40,118 nucleotides of DNA. It comes from Thermoplasmata archaeon (lineage in GTDB: Archaea > Thermoplasmatota > DTKX01 > DATEUP01). Below are positions 26,146 to 35,005 of this stretch, piece after piece; the stretch's first letter is position 1, and each line of letters starts with the position of its first letter. Where the stretch lies: positions 1 through 40,118 of the forward strand of contig JBGPNV010000001.1 of assembly GCA_041487695.1 (NCBI GenBank). Reading direction: 5' to 3'. The position numbers and the translations under genes are program-made. The notes beneath the pieces are model-generated. The model did not search any database, was not told where the DNA came from, and was given only the letters and a program-made list of their open reading frames with translations.

Positions 26146-27105
26146 TTGGCGCAGGAAAAGCAGCAGCAAGCCAAGCAACTGAGCCGCGCGGAAGCCCGTC
26201 GGACGAAGGACAAGTGGAAGTCGAAGAAGTGGTTCAACATCTACGCGCCCCCGATGTTTTCGAGCGCGCTCATCGGTGAAGGGCTTGCGGAGGAAGTGGG
26301 CCTGCTGGTGGGCCGCATCCCCGAGATTACCATGCAGGAGCTCACCGGCGACTTTGCCCAGATGCACGTGAAGCTGCGCTTCCGGATCAACGAGGTCCGG
26401 GGCCAGGATGCGCACACCGTGTTCGTGGGCCACGACCTCACCTCGGACTATGTCCGGCGCCAGACGCGGCGCAAGCACTCGAAGATGGACGTGTGCAAGG
26501 ACATGGTCACGAAGGACGGCTGGCACGTGGTCATCAAGCCCCTTGCGATCTCCGACCTGCGGATCAAGTCCTCGCAGCAGACGGCCATCCGCACGATCCT
26601 CGAGAATGCCATTGTCGAGATCGGCGGCAAGCATACGCTCGTCGAGCTCACAAAGATGATCGTCGGCGGCGACCTTTCCAAGGAGCTCACGCAGCGAGTC
26701 AAGGGGATTTACCCCGTCAAGCGGATCGAGATCCGCCGAAGCGAGGTGCTCGCGCGCAAGTTCGAGGTCCCGGAGGAGTTCGCGGACAAGACCGCAGAGG
26801 CGGTCGTGGCCGTGGGACCCCTGCCGGGGAGCGCGCCTGCAGCCGCGCCGACCCAGGCGGCGCCCGCGGCACAAGTCCACGCCTCGCCGGCGGAATTCCC
26901 GGAAAAGGAGGCCGTGCTGGGTCGCCTGCTTAGCGTGCCGGGCGTCGGGCCCTCCAAGGCGCTTTCAATCTTTGACGCGGGGATCCACACGATGAGGGAC
27001 CTCGAAAAGGCGGACATCAAGCGCCTCATGGAAGCCGACGGGATCACGGAGGCCATCGCCTCGAAGATTGCCGAGCACCTGCACAAGGGCGCGGCGCCCG
27101 CTTGA
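26146..27105 (+). CDS. rps3ae: 30S ribosomal protein S3Ae (eS1) with a C-terminal Ala/Pro linker and (HhH)2 domain
   Basis: TTG 26146 with SD GGGAGG 6 nt upstream. The core has 'DKWKSKKWFNIYAP' and 'GIYPVKRIEIRRSEV'. The ORF continues through 'PLPGSAPAAAPTQAAPAAQ' into 'LLSVPGVGPSKALSIFDAGIHTMRDLEKADIKRLMEADGITEAIASKIAEHL'. Confidence 0.9.
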   Translation: MAQEKQQQAKQLSRAEARRTKDKWKSKKWFNIYAPPMFSSALIGEGLAEEVGLLVGRIPEITMQELTGDFAQMHVKLRFRINEVRGQDAHTVFVGHDLTSDYVRRQTRRKHSKMDVCKDMVTKDGWHVVIKPLAISDLRIKSSQQTAIRTILENAIVEIGGKHTLVELTKMIVGGDLSKELTQRVKGIYPVKRIEIRRSEVLARKFEVPEEFADKTAEAVVAVGPLPGSAPAAAPTQAAPAAQVHASPAEFPEKEAVLGRLLSVPGVGPSKALSIFDAGIHTMRDLEKADIKRLMEADGITEAIASKIAEHLHKGAAPA

Positions 27106-27133
27106 AGGCGCCAAGGGTCCTGCACGGCCCCGC

Positions 27134-27583
27134 TTACGGGGCGGTCCGTTGCGCAGGGGGCACGTCGCCGGCCGCGGTGGCCTCGGGGGGCGCGGGCTGG
27201 GCAAGGGCCCAGCGGACGGCCGCGAAAACGTCGGCGATCTTGAAGGGCTTTGAGATGAAGCCCATCGCGCCGGCTGCAAGGGCGTCCTCGCGGTGCACCG
27301 TGTCCGAGGAGACGAAGATGACCTTGGCGGCCGGGTCGATCGAGCGCAGCGCGGCCGTTGCCTCGACGCCCGTCATCTTCGGCATGACGTTGTCCATGAG
27401 GACGAGGGGCTTCGGGTCGAGCCGCGCGTAGGCGGCGATCGCTTCGTCGCCCGAGCCGACGGTCGAGACGCGTATGCCCTTTGCACGCAGCATCTCGGCG
27501 ACCATTTCGCGGTGGAAGAGCTGGTCGTCGACGACAAGCACGTCGCAGGGCTCGACCTCGACCTCGACCTCGCTTGCGGCCAT
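27134..27583 (-). CDS. Single-domain CheY-like response regulator receiver
   Basis: ORF 27134..27739 trimmed to ATG 27583. Receiver motifs are 'DVLVVDDQ', 'LVLMDNVMPKMTG', 'VIFVSS' and 'ISKPF'. There is no output domain. Confidence 0.85.
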   Translation of the reverse strand: MAASEVEVEVEPCDVLVVDDQLFHREMVAEMLRAKGIRVSTVGSGDEAIAAYARLDPKPLVLMDNVMPKMTGVEATAALRSIDPAAKVIFVSSDTVHREDALAAGAMGFISKPFKIADVFAAVRWALAQPAPPEATAAGDVPPAQRTAP

Positions 27584-27698
27584 GGTCGCCCCTTGAACTC
27601 CACCCCGGGCCGGGGTACTAAAGCGTATCCTCGCCGCTCGCGGGGCCGCCCCGGCCGTCCCGGCCTGCAGGGCAGGGCCCAGCGTGGCGGCGGCCGGG

Positions 27699-28325
27699 CT
27701 ATTCTTCCTCGCCCCAGTGCTTGGCCAGGTAGGGCACAAGGCCCGGGGTCACCACGACCTTCTTGCCGACCACGGGGTAGCCGTACGGCAGCTCAATCTC
27801 CATGCCGTCGCCGTAGCGGACTGTGAGCCCGTTGGTGAACTCGATGTCTTCGAGCTGGGCGCCCAGCGCGATCGCGCGGGCGGCGAAGACCGCAACATCG
27901 ATGGGCAGCTGGACCGCCCCCAGGTGCCGGGCGGGGCGTTTCGAGCGCTTCGTGATGAGGTCCCGGGTGCGGCCTCGCATCGCCTCGCCGCCGAGGATCC
28001 CCCCGACGACGAGTGCATCGAAGGCGTCGCAGTCCTGCGTCGTGAGGGGCCGCGAGGCCTTCGGGTCAAGGACGAGCGCCTCGCCCACGTCGAGGTCTCG
28101 GAAGCTGCGGGCGCTCACCTGGGCGCCCTCGATGCGTTGGAGGTGGCGCTGGAGCCTCGGGTCGCGCACATTCGTGAAGTGCACGCGGGCCCCCCAAGTC
28201 TTGCAGGCGTGGGCGTACTCGAGCATGAGCCACCTCGAGTCGCGCGGCTCGAGGTTCTCGATGACGAGGCGGATGCGCGGGGCCTTCGCCGGAGCCGCGC
28301 GCTTGGCAAGCCGCTCGCTCCGCAT
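27699..28325 (-). CDS. SPOUT-fold SAM-dependent methyltransferase of the Sfm1-like family
   Basis: ORF trimmed to ATG 28325. 'LVIENLEPRDSRWLMLEYAHA', 'LVLDPKASRPLTTQDCDAFDALVVGGILGG...RGRT' and 'LEDIEFTNGLTVRY...IELPYGY' parallel my recollection of yeast Sfm1 and the predicted-RNA-methylase family. Confidence 0.6.
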   Translation of the reverse strand: MRSERLAKRAAPAKAPRIRLVIENLEPRDSRWLMLEYAHACKTWGARVHFTNVRDPRLQRHLQRIEGAQVSARSFRDLDVGEALVLDPKASRPLTTQDCDAFDALVVGGILGGEAMRGRTRDLITKRSKRPARHLGAVQLPIDVAVFAARAIALGAQLEDIEFTNGLTVRYGDGMEIELPYGYPVVGKKVVVTPGLVPYLAKHWGEEE

Positions 28326-28361
28326 GCCCGCCCCCCGGCCCACAAGCCCCTCCCCCAAGCC

Positions 28362-28367
28362 ATAAAT
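28362..28367. promoter_or_regulatory. Shared ATAAAT/ATTTAT TATA element in the 66-nt divergent spacer
   Basis: Read directly from the sequence. It is centred ~27 nt upstream of TTG 28392, implying a near-leaderless plus-strand mRNA. It is ~39 nt upstream of ATG 28325 on the minus strand. Confidence 0.5.
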
Positions 28368-28391
28368 GCATCCCGCCCGATCGAAGCCGGC

Positions 28392-30263
28392 TTGAGCCCG
28401 AAGAAGGTCGTGCCGGACACCTCCGTGCTAATCGACGGCCGCATCTCGGCCATGGTGGAACAGGGCGACCTCAAGGGAGCCCACGTGGTCGTCGCAGAGG
28501 CCTCCGTGGCCGAACTCGAGCACCTGGCCAACAGCGGGCGCGGCATCGGCTGGAAGGGCCTGCGCGAACTCTCGCGCCTGCGCGAGCTTTCGGGCGAGGG
28601 CGCGATCCGCCTCGAGTTTTTTGGTTCGCGGCCCACGGACGTGGAAGTCGCGGCCGCCCCTGGAGGGGCGATTGACAACCTCATCCGGTCGGCTGCCCTC
28701 GAGGTCGGCGCCGAGCTTGTGACTTCGGACCGCGTCCAGAGCGAAGTCGCGCGGGCGCGGGGCGTGCCTGTGAATTACATCAAGCCGGACATTGCCGAGC
28801 AGGTCCAATTCGAGAGCCTCAAGATCCACCGCTTTTTCGACAGCGAGACTTTTTCCGCCCACCTGAAAGAGGGCACGGCGCCCCACGCCAAGCGCGGGAC
28901 GATCGGCAAGGTGCGGTACGGCCCGGTCGAAGAGCGGCTTACCTCGCGGGAAGAACTCCTTGGGCTCGCGTCCGAAATCCTCGACTTTGCCTCGCGCGAC
29001 GCCGAGTCCTTCATTGAAATCGACCGGCGAGACTCGCGGGTCGTGCAGCTGCGCAACTACCGCATTGCGATCGCCTACCCGCCGTTCTCGGACGGCGTGG
29101 AAATCACCGCCGTTCGACCGGTCAAGAAACTGCGCCTCGACGACTACCGGCTCGAGCACGAACTCGTGGCCAGGCTCGAGGACTACCACCGGGGCGTCCT
29201 CATTTCGGGGCGGCCGGGCGACGGGAAGTCCACCTTTGCCCAGGCGGTTGCCGAGTACCTCTCGCGCAAGGGGGCGGTCGTGAAGACGATGGAACAGCCG
29301 CGCGACATGAGCCTGGGGCAGGAGATTACCCAGTACGGGCCGCTCGACGGCGACATGGCGCTTACCTCGGAGATCTTGCTGCTTGTACGCCCCGACTTCG
29401 TCGTCTACGACGAGGTACGCAAGACGAAGGACTTCGAGGTCTTTGGCGACATGCGCCTTGCCGGCGTGGGGCTCATCGGCGTCACCCACGCGAACCGAGC
29501 CATCGACGCCGTCCAGCGGCTCATCGGCCGGGTGGAGCTTGGGATCATCCCGCAGGTTGTCGACACGGTCATCCATATCGTCGACGGCGAGGTGGCCCAG
29601 GTCCTCGAACTCGACTTCACGGTCAAGGTGCCCTACGGGATGGTCCAAGAGGACCTCTCGCGCCCGGTGATCTCGATCACGGACTTCCGCACGGGGCGCG
29701 AGCTCTTCGAGATCTACACGTACGGCGACCAAGTCGTGGTGATGCCCGTTGGCGAGGCAAAGGGCCGAGGCGGCGCCGGGCACCGCCCGGGGGGCCGGGG
29801 CGGCCTGGCGCCGCAGAAGGTCGCGGGCGTCATCACGGCCGCCGGGGCCGGCGGTAGGGTCGAGGTCATCGAGGGCCCAGGCGCCGGGTTCACTGTCCGG
29901 CTCGACCCCGAGGACATCCCCCGGATCATCGGGAGGGGCGGAGAGACCATCCGCTCGATCGAGCGCGAGCTTGGCACACGCCTGCAGGTCGCGCCCCGCG
30001 GCGCCGGCGAGGAGGAGGAGGAGGAGCCTGAACGTGGCCGGGACTTGCGGCCCGCCGTCCGCATGCAGGGCAAGTCGATCCGCCTCATGCTCGACCCCCG
30101 ACTCAGCGGCAGGGAGGTCGAGATCCGCGTTGGCGGACGACCGGTGCTCGAGGCGACCGTGGGCGCCAAGGGTGTGGTCCGGATTTCCAGGAAGAGCCCG
30201 CTCGGCCTGGAGTTCGAGACGGCGCTCAAGCGCGGCGAGCCGGTCGAAGCGCGCCGCCTTTGA
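28392..30263 (+). CDS. PIN domain - PilT-like ATPase - KH domain protein (archaeal COG1855-type)
   Basis: ORF 27684..30263 trimmed to TTG 28392, because the upstream part is antisense to the SPOUT gene. PIN 'KKVVPDTSVLIDG'. Walker A 'SGRPGDGKST'. KH 'RIIGRGGETIRSIERELG'. A Gly/Arg-rich linker and an (E)6 run are present. Confidence 0.85.
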   Translation: MSPKKVVPDTSVLIDGRISAMVEQGDLKGAHVVVAEASVAELEHLANSGRGIGWKGLRELSRLRELSGEGAIRLEFFGSRPTDVEVAAAPGGAIDNLIRSAALEVGAELVTSDRVQSEVARARGVPVNYIKPDIAEQVQFESLKIHRFFDSETFSAHLKEGTAPHAKRGTIGKVRYGPVEERLTSREELLGLASEILDFASRDAESFIEIDRRDSRVVQLRNYRIAIAYPPFSDGVEITAVRPVKKLRLDDYRLEHELVARLEDYHRGVLISGRPGDGKSTFAQAVAEYLSRKGAVVKTMEQPRDMSLGQEITQYGPLDGDMALTSEILLLVRPDFVVYDEVRKTKDFEVFGDMRLAGVGLIGVTHANRAIDAVQRLIGRVELGIIPQVVDTVIHIVDGEVAQVLELDFTVKVPYGMVQEDLSRPVISITDFRTGRELFEIYTYGDQVVVMPVGEAKGRGGAGHRPGGRGGLAPQKVAGVITAAGAGGRVEVIEGPGAGFTVRLDPEDIPRIIGRGGETIRSIERELGTRLQVAPRGAGEEEEEEPERGRDLRPAVRMQGKSIRLMLDPRLSGREVEIRVGGRPVLEATVGAKGVVRISRKSPLGLEFETALKRGEPVEARRL

Positions 30264-30272
30264 GCGCGCCGG

Positions 30273-31355
30273 TCAAGCAAGCTCGGGCAGGAGGACGCGC
30301 TCGACGGCGCGGTCGTACACGTGGTTCTTGATCGCATAGAGGTCGTTCATCGAGAAGACAAACGCGTCCGGCTCGCGCTCGATGAAGCGCTGCTCGCGGT
30401 TGAACTTGGCAATCGCGTTCATCGAATCCACGTAATCCTGGAAGGCGTGGAAGGCGAGGACCTCGAGGGCTTCGCTGTCGGCCGAGACGCGGAAGATCAC
30501 GGGCTGCTTGTCGAAGAAGGGCGCCTCGGCGGCAAGCCGGTTCTCGAGCACTTGGTTCGAGCGGTAGCGCTCGTGGAGGACCACGAGCACCTGGTAGCCC
30601 ATCGTCGCCAAGTTCGGGATGCGGACGAGCTTGAGTAGCCCCAGGGACTCGAAGTGCCGCCGCATCTTCGTCACCGTCTGGCGCGTCACATCGATTTGTT
30701 TGGCCACCGAGCTGTCGTGCATGTCCGGGTTCGCGATGAGCCCGCGGTAGACCTTCTTCTCGATCCTTGAGAGCTCGACGGCACGCGCGCCCTCGAAGGT
30801 GTCGCGCCGCTCCTCGCGGGGCGGGCGCCGGCCGTCGGACTCCGGCAGGCCGAAGTCGCGGGCAAGCAGTTCCGAACAGTCGAAGAAGTTCGCGACGCGC
30901 GAAAGGGAAAAGGGGAAGTGGATCGCCTCGTAGCCCTCGGGCAGGAGGAACTCGCTTTCGGAGTACACGCGAAGGAACCGCTCCGTATTGGCGCGCGCCG
31001 CCGAGAAGTTGCGGTTGAACGACAGGGCGAACCCCGCGCGCTCGTCCGAGGCGAGGTAGAAGACTTCGGGGAAGTCGGCAAGCAGCGAGCGGCCGATTTC
31101 GAGGCGTTTGGGCTGCGCGACGCTCGCGTTGAGGCGCGCGAGGTTCACGCTCAACATCTCGCAGCCGAGGTGTTGGAGTTGGGGCACGCGGACCGTCATG
31201 AAGAGGCCGCGCGCTTTGAGCCGGTTCTTGATCGCGGTGACGGTCGAGAGTTTCACCCCGACGCGCTCGGAGAGTTCGCGGTCGTTGAGGCCCGTGTAGC
31301 GCACGAGCGCGTGGAAGACCGTCTTCTCGTTCGGCGAAAGATCCTTCACACTCAT
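30273..31355 (-). CDS. Transcriptional regulator with two tandem Lrp/AsnC-like wHTH + effector-domain modules
   Basis: ORF trimmed to ATG 31355; an AATTATTG patch at 31413-31420 lies inside the longer ORF. Module 1 is 'LSPNEKTVFHALVRYTGLNDRELSERVGVKLSTVTAIKNRLKARGL'. Module 2 is 'LSRIEKKVYRGLIANPDMHDSSVAKQIDVTRQTVTKMRRHFESLGL'. Each is followed by a 'GCEMLSV' or 'GYQVLVV' strand. Confidence 0.65.
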   Translation of the reverse strand: MSVKDLSPNEKTVFHALVRYTGLNDRELSERVGVKLSTVTAIKNRLKARGLFMTVRVPQLQHLGCEMLSVNLARLNASVAQPKRLEIGRSLLADFPEVFYLASDERAGFALSFNRNFSAARANTERFLRVYSESEFLLPEGYEAIHFPFSLSRVANFFDCSELLARDFGLPESDGRRPPREERRDTFEGARAVELSRIEKKVYRGLIANPDMHDSSVAKQIDVTRQTVTKMRRHFESLGLLKLVRIPNLATMGYQVLVVLHERYRSNQVLENRLAAEAPFFDKQPVIFRVSADSEALEVLAFHAFQDYVDSMNAIAKFNREQRFIEREPDAFVFSMNDLYAIKNHVYDRAVERVLLPELA

Positions 31356-31559
31356 GGAGTGGAGGAGGAACGCCGCATGTTGGACAAAAAGATATCGGGT
31401 CGCCCCTTTGATCAATAATTCGGGCAGTCCGTGGTGGGAGACCCTCCGATTCCACCGCGTCCAGGCCTCCCGACATGGGGCCTGCCCGCGGAGTCCGCCG
31501 CCTTTCGCCGAACGGTTTAACCCTCAGGCCGGCGCTTGGGCGCCCCGGGGGAAGCGCCC

Positions 31560-32969
31560 GTGCCGTCGGAGAACATCTTCCGGGCCTACGACATACGGGG
31601 CGTATTCAACGAGGACCTCTTCGCGCACGACGCGGTCGAGGTCGCGCAGACCTTCGCGGAATTCGTCGAGGGGAAGGGGCCCATTTCGCTTGCCCGCGAT
31701 GGCCGCACGTCCTCGCCGGCCCTTGAGGCGGCCGTGGCCGCGGGGCTGGCTTCGAGCGGCGTGGACGTCGAAACCTTCGGGCTGCTCCCGATCCCCACGG
31801 CAAACTTCGCGACATGGCAGGGCTCGTACCACGCGGGCGTCTACATCACGGCCTCGCACAACCCGCCGCAGTACAACGGCCTCCGCTTCCGACACTCGGA
31901 CGGCTCGGGCTACACGCTGGAAAACGAGACGATCAAGAAACTCTTCTTCGACGGCAAGCGCAGGCGCGCGCCCTGGGACAAAGTGGGCACGATCCGGCAG
32001 GGGGACGCCTCGCAGATCGTCGACCGCTATTCGCACTACCTCCTGAAACGGCTGCCCGGGATGAGGCCGCTTAAAGTGGTCCTCGACCCCGGCAACGGTG
32101 CCGCCGCGGTCACGGCGCCGCGGCTCTTCACGGAGGCGGGCTTCGTCGTGCGCGTGATCAACGGCGAGGTCGACGGCCGCTTCCCGAACCGCGACCCCCA
32201 CCCGACCGAGAAGACGATCGGGGGCTTGCGCAAGGCTGTCAAGAAGGAAGGGGCCGCCTTCGGCGTCGCCTTCGACGGCGACGGGGACCGGTGCGTGTTT
32301 GCCGACGACCGGGGCCGGGCGGTGCAGACGGACAAGGTGGGGATTATGGTCGCCCGCGAGATCGCGAGGCGCAAGCGCGGCGCGACGATCCTGGCCAACA
32401 TCCCATGCTCGATGATTGTTGAGGAGGAACTCGAGAAGATCCCGGGCACGCGCGTGCAGCGTGTCCGGGTGGGCGACGTCTTTGTCTGTGAGGCGATCCG
32501 CAAGTACAACGCGTCGTTTGCGATGGAGATTTCCTCGCACTACTTCCTGCCGGAGTTCTACATCTTCGACGACCCGGTGCTCATGGCGCTAAAGGTCGCC
32601 CAGGAGATCGGCGAATCGGGCAAGAAGCTCTCCGAGCTTGCCGACGAGATCCATTCCTACCCGTTCCTCGAGAAGGGGCTCGCGGTCAAGGACGAGGTGA
32701 AGTTCAAGGCGGCCCGTGAGCTCGTGAAGTACTACAAGGGCAAGGGGCTGGAGGTCGACACGACCGACGGCGCGAAGGTCAAGATGGAGAACGGCTGGGG
32801 GCTCCTGCGCGCCTCGAACACGCAGCCGATGATCCGCCTGTTTGCCGAAGCGAAGACAAAGGTTGACCTCAAGAGGATCGTGAAGGCGCTGGAGAAGGAC
32901 TGCGTGAAGGCAGTCAAGAGGGCCGCGAAACTCCCCGTTGCGCGTGAAGCCCCGCGCGCGGGGCGATAG
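31560..32969 (+). CDS. Phosphohexomutase (phosphoglucosamine / phosphomannomutase family)
   Basis: Active-site Ser loop 'TASHNPPQYNG' and metal loop 'AFDGDGDRCVF'. Start GTG 31560 is preceded by GGGGGAAG and a TTTAA patch at 31516-31520. The ORF-track TTG 31536 is the alternative. Confidence 0.9.
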   Translation: MPSENIFRAYDIRGVFNEDLFAHDAVEVAQTFAEFVEGKGPISLARDGRTSSPALEAAVAAGLASSGVDVETFGLLPIPTANFATWQGSYHAGVYITASHNPPQYNGLRFRHSDGSGYTLENETIKKLFFDGKRRRAPWDKVGTIRQGDASQIVDRYSHYLLKRLPGMRPLKVVLDPGNGAAAVTAPRLFTEAGFVVRVINGEVDGRFPNRDPHPTEKTIGGLRKAVKKEGAAFGVAFDGDGDRCVFADDRGRAVQTDKVGIMVAREIARRKRGATILANIPCSMIVEEELEKIPGTRVQRVRVGDVFVCEAIRKYNASFAMEISSHYFLPEFYIFDDPVLMALKVAQEIGESGKKLSELADEIHSYPFLEKGLAVKDEVKFKAARELVKYYKGKGLEVDTTDGAKVKMENGWGLLRASNTQPMIRLFAEAKTKVDLKRIVKALEKDCVKAVKRAAKLPVAREAPRAGR

Positions 32970-32985
32970 CCGGGGCCGGCGCGGG

Positions 32986-34191
32986 TCACGAGACGATCTT
33001 CGTGAGCGTGCTTGCGAAAAGGTCGGCCTCGCGGGGCGTGTTGTAGAGGTAGAAGGAGGCTCGGACGGACCCTTTGAGGCCGTGGGCTTTCATCCACGCG
33101 TGCACGCAGTGGTTGCCGCTGCGCACGGAAATGTTCGCTGCCTCGTCGAGCGCCAGGGCGACATCGTGCGGGTCCATCCCGTCGACCGTGAAGGAGAAGA
33201 TCGACCCCCTCAAGCCGGCGTCTGCCGGCCCGAGGACCTTGACCCCCTTGAGGCCCTTCAGTGCCGCGGTGAGGCGCCTGTTTAGCCCGTTGCCGTGCTT
33301 GTGGATCGCGTCCATCCCGACCGCGTCGAGGTAGGTGAGGGCCGCGCCCGCGCCGAGGATCCCCGCATAGTCCTGGAGCCCGCCTTCAAAACGCCGCGGC
33401 GGCTTCAGGAATGTCGCAGACTTGTACGTGGTCTCGACCACGGTGGAGCCGCCGGGGTTGAGCGGCTCCATGGCCTCGAGGAGATCCTGTTTGCCGTAGA
33501 GGAGGCCGACACCCGTGGGCCCGCACATCTTGTGGACCGAGCAGGCGAAGAAGTCGCAGTCGAGGCGCTCAAGGTCGACCCTCTGGTGCGGCGCGGACTG
33601 CGCGCCGTCGAGCATGAGCACCGCGCCCTTGTCGTGCACGACCTCGGCGATTTCCCGAGCCGGGACGGAGGTCCCGTCCAGGTTTGCCGTGTGGCCGACC
33701 GACACAAGGCGCGTTCGGGGCCCCACGGCGTCCTTGAGGGCCTCGAGGTCGAAGAGCCCGTCCTTACCCGAGCGGACGATCGTGTAGCGAATGCCCTGCT
33801 GCTTGCGAAGCAAGTGCCATGGCGCGAGGTTCGAGTTGTGCTCCTTGTCGCCCGTGATGACCTCGTCGCCGCGCTTCAAGCCGAACGCGTGGGCGACGAG
33901 GTTGATCCCCTCCGTCGTGTTGCGCAGGAAGACGATCTCGTCGGCCGAGGGCGCGTTGAAGTGCGCGCGCGCCTGCTCGCGCACTTCGTCCACCTTGAGC
34001 GAGACCTTCGAAGAGAGCCGGTGGACCGAGCGCTCCGCGCACACGGGGTAGTTCTCGTAGTAGTCCACGACGGCGTCGATCACCGCGCGCGGCTTGAGCG
34101 CCATGCAGGCGGAGTCGAGGTAGACGAGTGGCTTGCCGCCCACCTTCGTGGCAAGGGGCGGGAAGTCCTTGCGGATGCGCGCGAGGTCCAT
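32986..34191 (-). CDS. Cysteine desulfurase (class V aminotransferase, SufS/CsdA-like)
   Basis: ORF trimmed to ATG 34191, with SD GGAGGA 6 nt upstream. PLP-Lys 'ACSVHKMCGPTG'. Catalytic loop 'RSGNHCV'. Confidence 0.9.
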   Translation of the reverse strand: MDLARIRKDFPPLATKVGGKPLVYLDSACMALKPRAVIDAVVDYYENYPVCAERSVHRLSSKVSLKVDEVREQARAHFNAPSADEIVFLRNTTEGINLVAHAFGLKRGDEVITGDKEHNSNLAPWHLLRKQQGIRYTIVRSGKDGLFDLEALKDAVGPRTRLVSVGHTANLDGTSVPAREIAEVVHDKGAVLMLDGAQSAPHQRVDLERLDCDFFACSVHKMCGPTGVGLLYGKQDLLEAMEPLNPGGSTVVETTYKSATFLKPPRRFEGGLQDYAGILGAGAALTYLDAVGMDAIHKHGNGLNRRLTAALKGLKGVKVLGPADAGLRGSIFSFTVDGMDPHDVALALDEAANISVRSGNHCVHAWMKAHGLKGSVRASFYLYNTPREADLFASTLTKIVS

Positions 34192-34220
34192 CGCCCGTCC
34201 TCCAACCCTTCCGTGGGACC

Positions 34221-34691
34221 TCAAGGCACTTCGCTGTAGCCCGGGACGCTTCCCAGGTCCTTGAGGAAAAGGTCGCGGTCCATCGAGTCCTTGATGCGCC
34301 GGCCCGTCGCCTTCCCGAGCGCAATACAGCGCCGGGCCTCGTCCATGTTGCCTTCGAGCGCGTTGGCACGGGCAAGGGCCTCATAGGCGTAGGCCAGCGG
34401 GAAGTCCTTCACGTCCGCGCGCTTGCAGATTTCCAGCGCGCGGCTGCCGTGGTAAAGCGCAGGCTCCGCGCGGCCGAGGACGGCATAGACATGCGAGATC
34501 TGCCATTCGCCGATCGCGAGGTTGTCCACCGACCCGACCTCGCCCCAATGGAAGCGCGAAGCGTGCGCGGCATGGATCATCAGGTCGTTTTCCTCCGCCG
34601 TCCGCTGGGGCTTTTCGAGGTAGCGCCAGACCAGGTTGAAGAGGTCCTTGGCCATCTTCTCCCGCTCCTCGCGCGAGTAGGAACCAATCAT
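34221..34691 (-). CDS. Hypothetical all-helical (TPR-like) protein
   Basis: ATG 34691 with a strong SD GAGGTGAGG 4 nt upstream. The product is 156 aa with no recognised motif. Confidence 0.6.
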   Translation of the reverse strand: MIGSYSREEREKMAKDLFNLVWRYLEKPQRTAEENDLMIHAAHASRFHWGEVGSVDNLAIGEWQISHVYAVLGRAEPALYHGSRALEICKRADVKDFPLAYAYEALARANALEGNMDEARRCIALGKATGRRIKDSMDRDLFLKDLGSVPGYSEVP

Positions 34692-34715
34692 CCGACCTCA
34701 CCTCAGGGGGTTGTC

Positions 34716-34958
34716 TCAAGCAGAGGGCGCGGGCGAGGCCCACCAGACCCAGCCGCGCAGGGTGGGATCGAGCTGCCCTTCGATAAGCCCTTTGAGTTGA
34801 AGCTTCATGAGGAAGCGCGCGGGCGAGTCGGGGCACTGGACGGCGTCGGCGTTCGTGGCGGCCTCAACCTGCTGCGTCGTCCGGCGCGTGCCGTCCTTCA
34901 GGAGCCGCAGGATGAAGGCGGACGCTTCCGCTTCGCTCATCACACGGCGTTCGCTCAC
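34716..34958 (-). CDS. Small hypothetical protein, possibly wHTH-like
   Basis: GTG 34958 with GGAGGG 6 nt upstream. Alternatives are GTG 34982 and ATG 34940. 'AFILRLLKDGTRRTTQQVEAA...FLMKLQLKGLIEG' is helix-turn-helix-like. This is weak. Confidence 0.45.
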   Translation of the reverse strand: MSERRVMSEAEASAFILRLLKDGTRRTTQQVEAATNADAVQCPDSPARFLMKLQLKGLIEGQLDPTLRGWVWWASPAPSA

Positions 34959-35005
34959 AGGCGACCCTCCGCCCTCACGCACCGTCGGGGCGCTTTCCGC
35001 CCGAC

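Noticed and set aside
27127-27142. A 6-bp stem hairpin (GCCCCG-ctta-CGGGGC) between the convergent S3Ae and CheY genes, considered as a bidirectional terminator.
   Set aside because: The stem is short, the loop contains the CheY stop codon, and there is no flanking T-tract. The evidence is too weak to call.
27551-27572. Tandem hexamer (CTCGAC)x3.7, the (GAG)x6 run at 30009-30026, and other short tandem repeats, considered as possible CRISPR or satellite repeats.
   Set aside because: They are in-frame codon repeats inside genes (EVEVEVE at the CheY N-terminus, EEEEEE in the PIN-ATPase-KH linker). There is no repeat-spacer architecture anywhere in the window.
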